From: an uncultured Phycisphaerales bacterium
GTDB taxonomy: Bacteria > Planctomycetota > Phycisphaerae > Tepidisphaerales > Tepidisphaeraceae
Direction: 5' to 3'
NCBI GenBank assembly: GCA_963755915.1
Contig: CAVWLP010000002.1
Span: 1,952,001-2,016,000, forward strand
DNA length: 64,000 nucleotides
Shown: in pieces, positions 1 to 10,652 of the stretch
Layout: every line of letters begins with the position of its first letter
How positions within the stretch are numbered: the stretch's first letter is position 1
The notes under the pieces: generated by a model
Seen by the model: only the letters and a program-made list of their open reading frames with translations
The model's database searches: none
What the model was told of the DNA's origin: nothing
Translations under genes and position numbers: made by a program

Positions 1-38
1 AAAGCACCATCGAAAATACTTCTGCCGCCCTAACGGGC

Positions 39-797
39 ATGGGCTTTCAATTCAACGGAACTCAGGCACAACCGGGCGTTGATCCGTACAATTTTTACCA
101 GAGCCCGTATCCATTTAGTACTTTGCAACTTAATTCAATAACTTATTCTCAAGCTCAAAATATGCTCGCTGTCCGGGATGCAGTTGAACTGACCTCGGCT
201 TCCGTAAGGGAAGTCGGGTCACTGACCGTGGGTGAGCTCACGGGCGCGCTCCAGTACTCCGGTGGAGTCGCGGCGAATATCGTTTCGTCGGCACCGCAGA
301 TAACCCTGCAAAAATTATTGGGTTTTTCAGCCGACGAAAGAAGTGGCGTTGCGGCAACAAGCGACAGCTTCGCTACGGAAGCGGAGTCTGCAACTCCGTC
401 ATATGCGTGGTTGCCGATTTCAATCCCGACCGATACCGAATTTATGACACTGGATTTTCAGATGAATGGCCTTAGCCCTGAAGACTTTTTGAGCGTGGGA
501 ATCAACGACAGCCTGTTATTCGAAATCCAGAGCCAATTTGTTACCGACGGTATGATCAACAACAGCGGGCTCCTGGATGTCTCACAATGGGCCGGCCAAG
601 ATGTCCAACTATTTTTAGGGTTAAATGTTGCAGATAGCAACAATGTGGGCGGGTCGATCGTGGTCGACGACATCACGTTCGATACTGTGCCCGAGCCTTC
701 TTCGAGTGCTTTGATCATGATTGCAATCGCGCCGATGATTTCGCTTCGATACTGGCGAATTAAAAGGAGAACTCTTCAGCGATGTCTGACTCTTTGA
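39..797 (+). CDS. PEP-CTERM sorting-domain protein, C-terminal part (5' end probably outside window)
   Basis: Ends in VPEPSS + hydrophobic segment + basic tail (RYWRIKRR); no signal peptide in the visible part. Confidence 0.8.
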   Translation: MGFQFNGTQAQPGVDPYNFYQSPYPFSTLQLNSITYSQAQNMLAVRDAVELTSASVREVGSLTVGELTGALQYSGGVAANIVSSAPQITLQKLLGFSADERSGVAATSDSFATEAESATPSYAWLPISIPTDTEFMTLDFQMNGLSPEDFLSVGINDSLLFEIQSQFVTDGMINNSGLLDVSQWAGQDVQLFLGLNVADSNNVGGSIVVDDITFDTVPEPSSSALIMIAIAPMISLRYWRIKRRTLQRCLTL

Positions 798-798
798 A

Positions 799-1347
799 TT
801 ATTCCCCAGCCGTATAGTCTTTATAATGAAGGCGGCAGTAGTCGATCGCATCGGTCGAGTTTAACGCGTCGCAAGTGGCTAAATCGTCATACTGACCAGC
901 AATTCGCGTGACGCAATCGAGAATGTCGGATGGCTGAGTCAATGACAAACAGGCGATTGGTTTATTAGCAGCGATCGCGTAGTCTGTCACACAGGACTCA
1001 TCGCTCTGCGGACAAACATCAACTGACGGATGGGCGAGAATATATTCTTGAAAACACAATTCCTGACTACTGCTTGTTGTAATTCCGTCGATGCTCCAAG
1101 GAACATATAGCGCCTTACAGATCTGTGGATTCGTGGTTTGAATGGCAGTCTCGATCAAAGCGTCGAGGTCTTTGCCATTGGTTACTGAATATCTTCCAGC
1201 GTTACGATCATTGAGAAGCAGTCCTACAGTTACAATGAGAATGACCGCTGTCGCCAATGTCAGCACAATGAATTTATTGTTCTTCCCTGTAATCATGATA
1301 TGATGGTTTCCGAAGCGGGTGGGGGCAGTGGCGTCGGACGAGCGCAT
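799..1347 (-). CDS. Membrane-anchored hypothetical protein with spaced Cys-pair repeats
   Basis: N-terminal TM (FIVLTLATAVILIVTVGLLL), then repeats like A....N/D...C..L......C; start may be the internal Met near 1299. Confidence 0.6.
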   Translation of the reverse strand: MRSSDATAPTRFGNHHIMITGKNNKFIVLTLATAVILIVTVGLLLNDRNAGRYSVTNGKDLDALIETAIQTTNPQICKALYVPWSIDGITTSSSQELCFQEYILAHPSVDVCPQSDESCVTDYAIAANKPIACLSLTQPSDILDCVTRIAGQYDDLATCDALNSTDAIDYCRLHYKDYTAGE

Positions 1348-1478
1348 TTGAGGATATAGAAAAGCAGCTCAATCAAGAACGACGAGATTCAGCGCTAGCG
1401 TTGCAAGCAAAATTGCTTTTGTTCCCCCAAACTATTTTATCAAACTGGCAGGGAAATGAACATCAATAAATAACCACG

Positions 1479-2486
1479 TTAGTATATAACCTTGAACGTC
1501 GGCGAATCTTCCGGCCGCTTGTGCCGGCGATCATACAACCGCGTCGTGCTGATATTTGCATGACCGCTCCACTCCTGAACGCGGGCGATATCCGAGCCGT
1601 TCTCTAAAGCGTTAGTAATCGCTGTCGCTCTGGTCGAGTGAACGCAAAAGCCGGCTACATCAATGCCGGCCAGTTCAGCGTTACTCTTCACGACTTCATA
1701 CGCCCCGCGATAGGTGAGGGATTTTTCGAGGGTGCCCGTCACATTATTTTTCACCGGGCGGAAGAGCGCTCCGTCAACATCATCAACGTGGCTGGCTAGC
1801 TCAAGATACTCAGTAATTCGTTCCAATGCCGCCGGATGAAGCGGAATGAAGCGAATCTTGCTGCCTTTGCCGTGAATCCGCAAATGTTTTAATCCTCGCC
1901 GATCGTGAACGTCTTTAACTTTGAGCTTCACCAGCTCCTCGGCTCGGATCGCGTGATAAAGCAGCGTCGCCAGGATCGCCCGGTCTCTCTTTCCTTTGAG
2001 CGTATCGGCCGGCGGTGCGTTCAATAAGGCTCGCACCTGCGCATCGCCCAACGCCGGCGTCTTGCCTTCGTTGGCATCCGCCTTGGGCCGCTCAACGCCG
2101 TCCACCGGATTGACGTAGACTGCATTCGCCTCCGACAGCGAATCATAAAGGCTCGACAACGCGGCGAGCTTGCGGCGGATGGTCGCCGGCTGGAGCTCGC
2201 GAGCCTCAAGGCTCTTCCGGTACGCGATGACGTGAGCCCGTGTCACTTTCCTTAACTCGTCGGGCTGCTTGATTCCGGTGAACGAAATGAAGTCCTCCAC
2301 GTCGATACGGTACGCCTTCCGAGTGTTTTTATTTTCGATGTTGGCGAACCACTCCGCCTCCGGCGGCATGTCGGCGAGCTTCCAGAAGTCGAGAGGGGAG
2401 AGCGGCGCCCGATGTCGCCGGACAACCCCATGATCGCGCCGGGCGGGAAGATTCAAACCTTCATCGCTGTTTTGCCCCAAATTCAC
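1479..2486 (-). CDS. Tyrosine recombinase/integrase (XerC/D-like)
   Basis: SAM-like N-domain ([14 protein letters not shown]); catalytic R (HAIRAEE), K (GKGSK), HxxR (HSTR), H (GHANISTT) and Y (RLYD). Confidence 0.92.
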   Translation of the reverse strand: MNLGQNSDEGLNLPARRDHGVVRRHRAPLSPLDFWKLADMPPEAEWFANIENKNTRKAYRIDVEDFISFTGIKQPDELRKVTRAHVIAYRKSLEARELQPATIRRKLAALSSLYDSLSEANAVYVNPVDGVERPKADANEGKTPALGDAQVRALLNAPPADTLKGKRDRAILATLLYHAIRAEELVKLKVKDVHDRRGLKHLRIHGKGSKIRFIPLHPAALERITEYLELASHVDDVDGALFRPVKNNVTGTLEKSLTYRGAYEVVKSNAELAGIDVAGFCVHSTRATAITNALENGSDIARVQEWSGHANISTTRLYDRRHKRPEDSPTFKVIY

Positions 2487-2548
2487 CCATCCAGTTTACT
2501 ACAGATAAAATATGTTATCAACAATAAATCTGGCCTGTGGATGTCACG

Positions 2549-3586
2549 CTATTCGCGGCGCTGTGTTGCCCAGGCTGGGGGCTGTCGCAAGCCTTTAAAC
2601 TTTCCTGAGCGCTTGGGGAATTTGCTGGCGAGGGCAAGCACAAGACTACGGTACTTTGTCTCTCCCAGTTCTTGCCCTTCAGGCAACAGAGTGACGAGGC
2701 CAGGGCCATCTCGTGCAGCAAGAGGACAGCAGCGCATCAGCGATAGGAAGTCGGGATGACGGTTGTCGTGGTTCTTCAAGTCGTGAACCGCGCTGAAAAC
2801 AATCGCGGCTGCTATGTCCGCAATCTGTACACCTGGCTCTTTCGCAGAGTCCACCCAACGTATCCCATCGCCCACCAATCGGCGCATGTCGATGCCGTCG
2901 CCCGTGTCAAAGTTTTGCACGAACGGATGGTCTGACGTGTGAACTTCGTTGATTAGCATTAGCGGACGTTTGGCGCTCCAGGCCGCAAGCCATGATGGGA
3001 GCATTTTTTGGAAGATTTGTTTTTCGCGGCTACCCGGATTCTTGGTAAGGCGGTCGATGACGATATCAACTTTATGCCAGCAGTCTCGGTACGGTGGCTC
3101 GGACAAATAAGCGACCGCATGATGGACACACTCCTGGATGCACTCAGCATATAGCACCAATTTCAAGAGTTCGGTAACGCTAAGATTTTCTACCTGACGT
3201 GACAGCAACGTCAATTCATCACGCATCGACTGGTGAATACAGACGCCCGCGAAAGCTAGAAGAGGCTTCGAAAGGCGCGAGGGTAACTTGTCCGCATGTC
3301 CGGCCAAGTCGGACAAATCAACCGTTGTCGGGATGAACATCACGCCAGGTGTGCCCACGAGAACATCCGCAAAACGGGAACGACTCTCGCGCGAAATCCG
3401 AGAACCTTTCGGCTCACCGTGTTCGCGCTCGGACTTGCCAAGCGATGCCGTGAACTCGGCGTACCGATCGAAAAGCGCTTGCTCGCAAACTTCCGGCACG
3501 ATGACACCGACGACCACGCCGGCCGCATGTTCATCGCGCGTTTTTGGAATCTGGAAAGCGCCGGACTCGTCAATGAAGATTCGCAT
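2549..3586 (-). CDS. DUF3800 family protein (RNase H-like fold)
   Basis: N-terminal IFIDESG and C-terminal DS...GVQIAD motifs typical of DUF3800. Confidence 0.8.
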   Translation of the reverse strand: MRIFIDESGAFQIPKTRDEHAAGVVVGVIVPEVCEQALFDRYAEFTASLGKSEREHGEPKGSRISRESRSRFADVLVGTPGVMFIPTTVDLSDLAGHADKLPSRLSKPLLAFAGVCIHQSMRDELTLLSRQVENLSVTELLKLVLYAECIQECVHHAVAYLSEPPYRDCWHKVDIVIDRLTKNPGSREKQIFQKMLPSWLAAWSAKRPLMLINEVHTSDHPFVQNFDTGDGIDMRRLVGDGIRWVDSAKEPGVQIADIAAAIVFSAVHDLKNHDNRHPDFLSLMRCCPLAARDGPGLVTLLPEGQELGETKYRSLVLALASKFPKRSGKFKGLRQPPAWATQRRE

Positions 3587-3648
3587 CGATGATTAGAGGT
3601 GCCAGATCGCGAGTTTTCTTGAGACCGAATAAAATCGGCCAGTCATTC

Positions 3649-3876
3649 TCAGTATCCCCAATTGTCCACCCTTACTTTCAAGCCCTCTGCAATCACCGGC
3701 AAAATCTCGTTACGCTGAACGGCCGCCATAATCATCTGGCGCCCGTGGTGTTGAGCCAGTTCAAGAGTGTTGCGATTGCCGTAGTGGTACTCAAAAATCG
3801 TATTCTGCATCTTCTCCAGATTTTTTCTGAGCCTCCGTTCGGCCTTCATCCTTGCGTCAAATGATGCGTTTGTCAT
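3649..3876 (-). CDS. Small hypothetical protein
   Basis: 75-aa ORF with GGAGA upstream of the ATG; no recognisable motif. Confidence 0.4.
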   Translation of the reverse strand: MTNASFDARMKAERRLRKNLEKMQNTIFEYHYGNRNTLELAQHHGRQMIMAAVQRNEILPVIAEGLKVRVDNWGY

Positions 3877-3927
3877 GTCGTTCTCCAGAAACCGGCGACC
3901 GAGAATTTATCCGATTTTGCCAGGCAG

Positions 3928-3955
3928 AAAAAGAAAAAAGCCGGCGGATGCCGGC
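3928..3955 (-). terminator. Rho-independent terminator
   Basis: Minus strand GCCGGC-ATCC-GCCGGC hairpin followed by TTTTTTCTTTTT, just downstream of ORF 3978..4379. Confidence 0.7.
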
Positions 3956-3977
3956 AAGTTCGGTGTAGGGTCAGAAT

Positions 3978-4379
3978 TCAACCAAAAAGCGATTGCTGAA
4001 AGACCAGGACGGGGCGAGGTTCACCTTGCCGATCGATTTCTTCCGGCGTCTCTGTCAGGGCGCCGGACGCACCCTTGACGTACTGCGAAGATCGAAGAAA
4101 CGTTTCGTATAGTGCTGCGATGTGGAACATGTCGCGAGCGATCATGCACTTCAAAGCCAGTCGCTCTCGGTCGGGGAGTCGTCCGAAAGCAGCCCTTAGT
4201 CCATCCTCTGCCGCAGCCACCTTCCCATGAATCTCGGATAATCTTTCTCTTAACTCGTTCGTCGAGCAAAGCAATTTGTCTTCCATCTCCCTCTTAACCC
4301 ATTTGCACTCCGCCTCGACCATCGATTGATTGACGCCGTACCTCGGCTCAAACCGCCGAGCAAGATTCCTTCGTGGCAT
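3978..4379 (-). CDS. Hypothetical protein
   Basis: 133-aa ORF, GGAGA RBS upstream, terminator downstream. Confidence 0.55.
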   Translation of the reverse strand: MPRRNLARRFEPRYGVNQSMVEAECKWVKREMEDKLLCSTNELRERLSEIHGKVAAAEDGLRAAFGRLPDRERLALKCMIARDMFHIAALYETFLRSSQYVKGASGALTETPEEIDRQGEPRPVLVFQQSLFG

Positions 4380-4618
4380 GATGTTCTCCAGTAAATGGAC
4401 ACGAAAAACCTATCTCACGCTGAGACAGGCTTTGCCGCGGCCACTGCCGGAATTTCCTTGATCAGATAAGCACAGTAGCGAATTGGATGTCAACGCTTGC
4501 GCGTTTCGGGCAGGCATGGCAGTGTGATGGCAGAACCGACTTGACCCCCTACAAGGAGTTCTCAAATGCCTGCACAACGATCAGCGTCCACATCGAACCG
4601 CCAGGACAACCGGCCGAT

Positions 4619-5302
4619 TCACACGATTCGCCACCGGAGCATTAAGGCATCGATCTGGCGAAATCTCACTGCCAAGGGTCCCATGTATAACGTCACGATA
4701 GCTCGCGGGTAGCTCAAGCTGACGTTCCGGCGCCGGTGACCCCACTTATTTTGGAAGCCTACGGAGAAGCGAATGATTGAACCGACAACCTTCAATACAG
4801 CCAAGGGCTCGTTCGGCACAACCTCATCGAAAAATTGGTTGGGGATATAGGTACGGTTACCTTCGCCGGCGAAGAAACCGCGAAATTGATCCGGGTCCTT
4901 GCTGTATTCGGCTCGTTCATCCCATTTCAGTTCGTAAAGCCCGGAAACGGCAGATTGGCCAGCACGTTTGGACTGCGGCTCGCGAACACATCGAATGAAA
5001 TTGTATCGAATGGCCTCCGCGAGAGAGCTCTTTATCATATCGCGGTTGATGCCTGCCGCTTCAAAGTCGCGCCACGACACGGCGTGCCGTTCTGCCTGGG
5101 GATTCCCGTTTTCGTCACACCAACCGAGAGTTTTGCGGATGAGCATCGCCACCAGTCGGACAACCCCACGAGAGGAGTAGGGGAGGCAGACATCGAAAAA
5201 CTGGTTGGGGGTATATACCGCGTTTGAAGTCAGCGGCTTAAAACCCGGAAACGGCTGGCGATTTATTCGAGTTTTTTCCTTTTTGTGTTGAAGGTCTGGC
5301 AT
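4619..5302 (-). CDS. Putative replication-initiator-like protein (tandem phage-O-like wHTH units), probably 3'-truncated
   Basis: Two internal repeats starting YTPNQFFD / YIPNQFFD; the second breaks off after VSLSY. Confidence 0.5.
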   Translation of the reverse strand: MPDLQHKKEKTRINRQPFPGFKPLTSNAVYTPNQFFDVCLPYSSRGVVRLVAMLIRKTLGWCDENGNPQAERHAVSWRDFEAAGINRDMIKSSLAEAIRYNFIRCVREPQSKRAGQSAVSGLYELKWDERAEYSKDPDQFRGFFAGEGNRTYIPNQFFDEVVPNEPLAVLKVVGSIIRFSVGFQNKWGHRRRNVSLSYPRAIVTLYMGPLAVRFRQIDALMLRWRIV

Positions 5303-5311
5303 GAACTGAGG

Positions 5312-5530
5312 CTATGTCGATTTGCTTTTCTTTTCGGCTGACGTTTTTCGAGGGGCGGAGAGCACGATGTAGTCACCTTTACGTTGGACATAATCGCGGA
5401 CGATAAAATTGAGCGTGATGCTTCGACTCCAACCCATTCTATGTGCCATGTCGTCGACGTAGGCCGTGACCTCACGATCAAGGGCGACGCCGGTGTAATA
5501 TTTTCCCCGCTTTGATGCTACGAATGCCAT
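5312..5530 (-). CDS. Small ribbon-helix-helix (CopG-like) DNA-binding protein
   Basis: YTGVALDREVTAYVDDMAHRMGWSRSITLNFIVRDY fits the RHH pattern; lies directly upstream of the Rep-like gene. Confidence 0.6.
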   Translation of the reverse strand: MAFVASKRGKYYTGVALDREVTAYVDDMAHRMGWSRSITLNFIVRDYVQRKGDYIVLSAPRKTSAEKKSKST

Positions 5531-5682
5531 GAGATGCGAATTGCTTACACTACCATTATAACATGAACTGACAGTGGGGCTGTGGATAACGGGTTCATTG
5601 CCAGCAGAGTGATGGCACGTAACATTGCGAAAGCTGCACTTTTGGTGTTGACCCATTGGGTGATAACGGCTACGTTTTTTTT

Positions 5683-6942
5683 ATGAGGGCGGGAATACAG
5701 TTTTTACGGTGTTGCGTGGTGCCGGCGGTCGTTGGAGGCGCGTTATTGGGGACTCGCCCCACCCTGGCCAACAACACGGCCGCATATCAGGTCCTGTATT
5801 CATTTACTGGAATAAACGGCGAGGGAGCGTTCCCTCGTGCACCGCTTTTGCAGGCGGGACCCATGCTCTACGGCACGGCCCAGCTTGGCGGGATCGGAAA
5901 CCAATATGGAACAATTTTCTCTTTTGACCCCGTCACAAATGCCGAAAGCACGTTGTACGACTTCAGCGGGGGAAGTGTCGATGGCCAACGGCCTTCAGGG
6001 GCACTGATTCAGTCTGGTTCCGAGTTCTACGGGACTGCCTTAGGGGGAGGCACATCCGGGGGCGGGACGATTTTCAGTTTCGATCCGGCTACAAAGGTTG
6101 AATCGACCTTGTACTCCTTTGGGGGGTACGCGGGGGATGGTTATTCACCATCAGGGTCGCTTGTTCAATCGGGAACCGTTGCCTACGGCGTTACAAATGA
6201 GGGCGGTGCAAGCTTCGGTACCATCTATAAATTCGATATCGCAACGGCTGTCGAGACGGTTTTGTATTCCTTCAAGAACGACTCTACTGACGGAATCATG
6301 CCAGTGGGTTCTTTGGTTTTATCAAATTCGACCCTCTACGGCGTAACGAGCTATGGCATGGCCGGGCAAGCTCTGTATCAATTTGATCTCAATACAAATC
6401 AAGAAAAGGTTCTCCATTTCTTTGGCGGCACCGGTGACGGCAACAGCCCTACCGGCTCGCTGTTGCTTTCGGGTTCAAAGTTGTATGGCCTCACGGATAG
6501 TGGCGGCGAATTCGGAGATGGCTCGCTATTTCAATATAACCTTAGCACCGGTACGGAAAGCATCCTTTACTCTTTCGCCGGTGGAAACGCTGATGGGAAG
6601 TGGCCTGAAGGAGGATTAGCTCAAGTGGGGCCATTGCTTTATGGCATGACTGAATCAGGCGGTGCCTTCGCCGACGGTACTATTTTCGCATTTGACACCG
6701 AAACAAATACTGAATCAATCGTGGAATCACTTGATGGCAGCCTCGGAGATCTTGCCAACGGCTCGTTCACTGTTGCGGGCAATATGCTCTATGGGACTAC
6801 CCAATCCGGCGGCGCTGATAATAGCGGTACCATCGTAAGCCTTTCGGTTCCCGAGCCCTCGTCTTTTTTTGTTTTGCTTGGTTCAGCATTTCTGTTGCTT
6901 TATCGTACGCCGAAATGCCAAATTCTAGCTCCACAATTGTAA
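5683..6942 (+). CDS. PEP-CTERM protein with GloVer-type (TIGR03803-like) tandem repeats
   Basis: Signal peptide; ~7 repeats of LYSF.G..DG..P.G.L......LYG.T..GG....GTIF; C-terminal VPEPSS + TM + basic residues. Confidence 0.88.
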   Translation: MRAGIQFLRCCVVPAVVGGALLGTRPTLANNTAAYQVLYSFTGINGEGAFPRAPLLQAGPMLYGTAQLGGIGNQYGTIFSFDPVTNAESTLYDFSGGSVDGQRPSGALIQSGSEFYGTALGGGTSGGGTIFSFDPATKVESTLYSFGGYAGDGYSPSGSLVQSGTVAYGVTNEGGASFGTIYKFDIATAVETVLYSFKNDSTDGIMPVGSLVLSNSTLYGVTSYGMAGQALYQFDLNTNQEKVLHFFGGTGDGNSPTGSLLLSGSKLYGLTDSGGEFGDGSLFQYNLSTGTESILYSFAGGNADGKWPEGGLAQVGPLLYGMTESGGAFADGTIFAFDTETNTESIVESLDGSLGDLANGSFTVAGNMLYGTTQSGGADNSGTIVSLSVPEPSSFFVLLGSAFLLLYRTPKCQILAPQL

Positions 6943-7654
6943 TATTAAGTGACACTGAGGATGTGGTAAGTCGCTCGGCCAACCAATCAGGAAAGCAATC
7001 AAGTTGGTTTTCTCAACTCACCGCCACACGGTTCGCGTAAAGCTCGTATTGTGTCTGGATCGCGACAAAGCAATTGGTGCCCTATTTTGAATTTCTCAGC
7101 CAGATCAGCCACCCGATGATAGCGCAAAGAATCAGCGCCACCACGAACGTCGCCCATGACGTTGCACCTGAGTAATAGTAAAACCATGCCACAACCTGCA
7201 TCCCCCCATTCTACCCTCCGCGCATGAAAAGGGGCGGGATTTTCACCCACTCCGTTACCGCGTTGCAACTGGCGATCCCATAAAAAGCCATCGCGAGGAT
7301 AATACGCGACAACAGCTAGCCCCGGCGCCTTCTCTCCGTTAGGGCCCGGAGAGTCTTAGACATTTCTGTAGCCGATTCTCCAACCACGGCGTCCAAAGCT
7401 TGAAGGGCATTGTCTCGTATTGCTGCATTGATCCACAGTAAAAAGCAGCAATTGTGTCGCGGGGTGCGCCAAAACCAGCCAAAGTGGGGCGCTCAAAACC
7501 GGCCAGTGCTGTGACGCATATACCTCATCCGTTCGAGTCCGTGCAACTTTCCGTAGAGTTATTGGTTCCGCATCAAGACGCCTGATCAGCCAGGACTCCA
7601 GCATCAGAAGATACTGGCGGGTCTGCCACGGTGTCTTCCGGAGGGGAAAGCCCT

Positions 7655-8452
7655 TCATCGCCGACGGTACTCCGGCGTCCTCGATTTGAATTGGCTTTCA
7701 GTTCCGCTCCGCCATGAGCGGAGGCTGCGCCTCCCGCGCAGTCGATAGCTTTTGCCGGTGATGTTGATGAGGGTGGCGTGCTGGAGGAATCGGTCGAGGA
7801 TGGCGGTGGCTGCCGGCACGTCGCCGATCAACTTGGCCCAATCTTCCAGCGGCCGGTTGCTGGTCATCATCGTCGAACGGTTCTCATGGCGGCGCATGAT
7901 GATCTCCAACAGGCATTCGCCAGACCGACGCGGCAATTGGCGCATTCCCATGTCGTCAATGATGAGCAGGTCGGGCTTGAGGTAACGATTCAGCGTTTTA
8001 TCCTGCTGGCCGAGTTCGTCGTCGCCGAGAAAGTCACGGGCCAGGTCGAAGATGGAGCGGTACAGGACCAGGTAGCCGGCTTTGATCGCCTGATGCCCGA
8101 TCGCCTGGACCAGGAATGTCTTGCCGACGCCGGGTGGGCCCAACAGAAGCACGTCGGCTTTTTCGCGGATGAACTGACAGCCGGCCAGATCGTGGATCTG
8201 TTTGCGTTTGATCGACGGATTGAAGGAGAAGTCGAACTCATCGAGGTTTTTGACTTCGCCAAACAGGGCGGCTTTAACGCGGCGGCCAATCTGCCGACTG
8301 GACCGCACGTTCAGCTCGTCCTGGAGAATCAGCTCCAGGAACTCGGCGTGATCGAGCCGGTTGCCGCTCGCCTCGCTCAGGCGGACTTCAAGGCTCTGGG
8401 CCAGGCCCGAAAGCCGAAGCTGTTTGAGCGTCTGCAACAATGAAGGTCTCAT
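7655..8452 (-). CDS. istB: IS21 helper ATPase IstB (tail frameshifted relative to the other copies)
   Basis: Walker A GPPGVGKT, LLIIDD, TSNRPLEDW, AILDRFL; ATG overlaps the istA stop. Confidence 0.93.
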   Translation of the reverse strand: MRPSLLQTLKQLRLSGLAQSLEVRLSEASGNRLDHAEFLELILQDELNVRSSRQIGRRVKAALFGEVKNLDEFDFSFNPSIKRKQIHDLAGCQFIREKADVLLLGPPGVGKTFLVQAIGHQAIKAGYLVLYRSIFDLARDFLGDDELGQQDKTLNRYLKPDLLIIDDMGMRQLPRRSGECLLEIIMRRHENRSTMMTSNRPLEDWAKLIGDVPAATAILDRFLQHATLINITGKSYRLRGRRSLRSWRSGTESQFKSRTPEYRRR

Positions 8453-10053
8453 GGGGTGGACTCCAATGCGGAGGCTTTGCCTTCCGCTTGTAAAGGTTGT
8501 TGAGTAATGGCCTGGCGCACGAACCGGCCGTAGTCGCCCAGGTCGCGGATGATCGGATGCTGCTGGATGAACTCGAAGCTCTGTTGCACTGCGGGCGGAT
8601 TCTGTTGTTCGATCAGTTGCCGCAGTGAACGCAGGTGATACGCCCCATGACTCTGCGCGGCCTGGCAGGCGTGTTCGATCTGATCGCGGCGGTGCTTGTT
8701 CGTCAGCGACAACAAGCCCAGCAGCACGCGACAGCCTTCGATGCCGCGATTCTGGAGCATGGATTGCGCCCATTGCGTGGCGTACGGGCCGATATATTCG
8801 ACCCGGCGCAGGAGCCAGGTTGTTCCGCGTTCGATGCCGCTGATCTTCTCGGGCACGATGTGGACCGGGAGCGTGGAGAATGTTCCCGGCGGGCGCTGCG
8901 CGTGCATGGCGATCGGATGCATCTTCTGGTCCAGCAATCGAACCGTTCGGCCATCCCAGCGCGCCCACACCCTCTGACCCAAAAACTCCGGTGGCACGGA
9001 GTAGTAAGCACCTTTGATCTCCACATGCCCATCCCGATGCACGCTCCGTAGCGCCTCCTGGAACAAATCGAACCGGGAAGCGGACATCGGCAGCAGCGCC
9101 GGCTTCTCCGCCTGCTCGAAGACTTCTTTTACCTGCCGGCGGGTCGTGCCATGGATGCGCGTGTCGGCGACGGCCGCTTCCCAGGTTTGCAGGTGCCGGT
9201 TCTGATCGGCCAGTGAAGCGAAGGTCCGTCCCTTGAGGGCATTGCTCTTGACGTAGCCAATGCCGCGCTCGATCTTCCCTTTGTGCCGCGGCGTGTACGG
9301 CTTGGTGGGCAGGATGGCGATCCCGTAATGCTCGGCAAAGGATCGCACCTTGGGGCAAAGTTCCGGGTCGAACCAGTCCGCCCGACTCACCGCCGCGCGG
9401 AGATTGTCAATCACCAGCGTCTGCGGCAACCCGCCGAAGTGGGCGAAGGCGTTCTCCAGGGATCGCAGAAAGTCATCGGTCGTTTGACGGGACACCGCTT
9501 CGGCGTATCCCTTGCGGCTGTGGGACAGCACGATGCGGAAGACCCAGGTGCCACGCCGCTTCCCATCCGGCATGATGAGGGGCGCGCCCCGGCCGAAGTC
9601 CACCTGCGCCTCGGCGGCCGGCTCGCACTCCATCCGGCGAAACGGCGCCGGCAACGCCGCGGTTAACTTCTTGACCAGTCGACGCACGCTCCAATAGCTG
9701 CCGGGATAACCATGGTCGGAGCACAGGTCCTGATAAATCCGCTGGGCGGTCAGGCCCATCTCCAACTTCTGAAGAATCACCTCGCGCCAGGGTGATGCCG
9801 CACTGGCAAACTCCCGACCTGTCGGGACGAGCGCCGTCGAGCCGATCGGCGCGCCCTCGGAGCCGATGGGCGCGCTGGCCGGTTTTGAATTATCTGGGGA
9901 TGACGGCGGTAGGCTTTGCCTCCGCAGACGAACATGGCGGCCAACGGTCTCCCGATGGACGCCAAGTTGCCGGGCGATGTGCCGGTTGGACCAGCCGCCT
10001 CGCGCAAGTGCCAGAATTGCTTGTACTTCGGCCATCTTGAGTTGATTCGCCAT
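8449..10053 (-). CDS. istA: IS21 transposase IstA
   Basis: HTH (IARQLGVHRETV), AQVDFG, VIDNL, KGKIER DDE motifs. Confidence 0.95.
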   Translation of the reverse strand: MANQLKMAEVQAILALARGGWSNRHIARQLGVHRETVGRHVRLRRQSLPPSSPDNSKPASAPIGSEGAPIGSTALVPTGREFASAASPWREVILQKLEMGLTAQRIYQDLCSDHGYPGSYWSVRRLVKKLTAALPAPFRRMECEPAAEAQVDFGRGAPLIMPDGKRRGTWVFRIVLSHSRKGYAEAVSRQTTDDFLRSLENAFAHFGGLPQTLVIDNLRAAVSRADWFDPELCPKVRSFAEHYGIAILPTKPYTPRHKGKIERGIGYVKSNALKGRTFASLADQNRHLQTWEAAVADTRIHGTTRRQVKEVFEQAEKPALLPMSASRFDLFQEALRSVHRDGHVEIKGAYYSVPPEFLGQRVWARWDGRTVRLLDQKMHPIAMHAQRPPGTFSTLPVHIVPEKISGIERGTTWLLRRVEYIGPYATQWAQSMLQNRGIEGCRVLLGLLSLTNKHRRDQIEHACQAAQSHGAYHLRSLRQLIEQQNPPAVQQSFEFIQQHPIIRDLGDYGRFVRQAITQQPLQAEGKASALESTP

Positions 10054-10652
10054 CCCATCGTCCACTTCCGGCGAGAGCCAGAAGCGAACGATAAGGGACA
10101 AATCTCCAGTTCCTCAAAATGGCCGGTTTTGGCGCGCCCATCACTGGCCGGTTATGCGCGCCCGCTGACACAATTGGGCTCCCCCGATCAGCAAGCTATT
10201 TCGGATCAGACTCCATATCAGTGAATTTCTGATCACACTGGGATCGTGTGCCGCAACAAACTTATCGCCCATGCAGCCGCATGGCAGAGGCCGATCGCGT
10301 TGGAGGTCCGCGACGATTAACCCGCTAAAGACCGAGAGCAGCAGAATTACCACGATGGCCGCGCCACGTGTCCACCTGTGGGTAAGCAACCAAAGTCCTA
10401 TCGCGGTCTCGCAAGCGATAGCCGTATAATGAGCGGGAGGGGTCTGAGACCATTGCCCATAAAGGGTGTCAGGGATCCCGGCAGCCTTGCCAGCGAGAAG
10501 TTTAGAGAACGCAGCAAAAAGGAAAACGCATGCAATAACAATTCGCGCGAGAAATCGTGTCGTTGGCATCAATTCTGCGAAGAAAGAACGGCGGTTATCA
10601 AATGTGAATCGAAAAATGGATTTCCTCAGGCGCCAATTCGCAAATGTCGATG

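Larger units (their letters stand above)
7455..10170 (-). mobile_element. IS21-family insertion sequence (copy A)
   Basis: Ends TGTCGCGGGGTGCGCCAAAACCAGCC / GGCCGGTTATGCGCGCCCGCTGACA with repeated subterminal motifs; 6-bp direct repeat CAATTG at 7449-7454 and 10171-10176; istA+istB inside. Confidence 0.95.

Noticed and set aside
7655-9358. 567-aa ORF as an IstA-IstB fusion
   Set aside because: The upstream part is an alternate frame of istA; IstB starts at 8452, as in copy C
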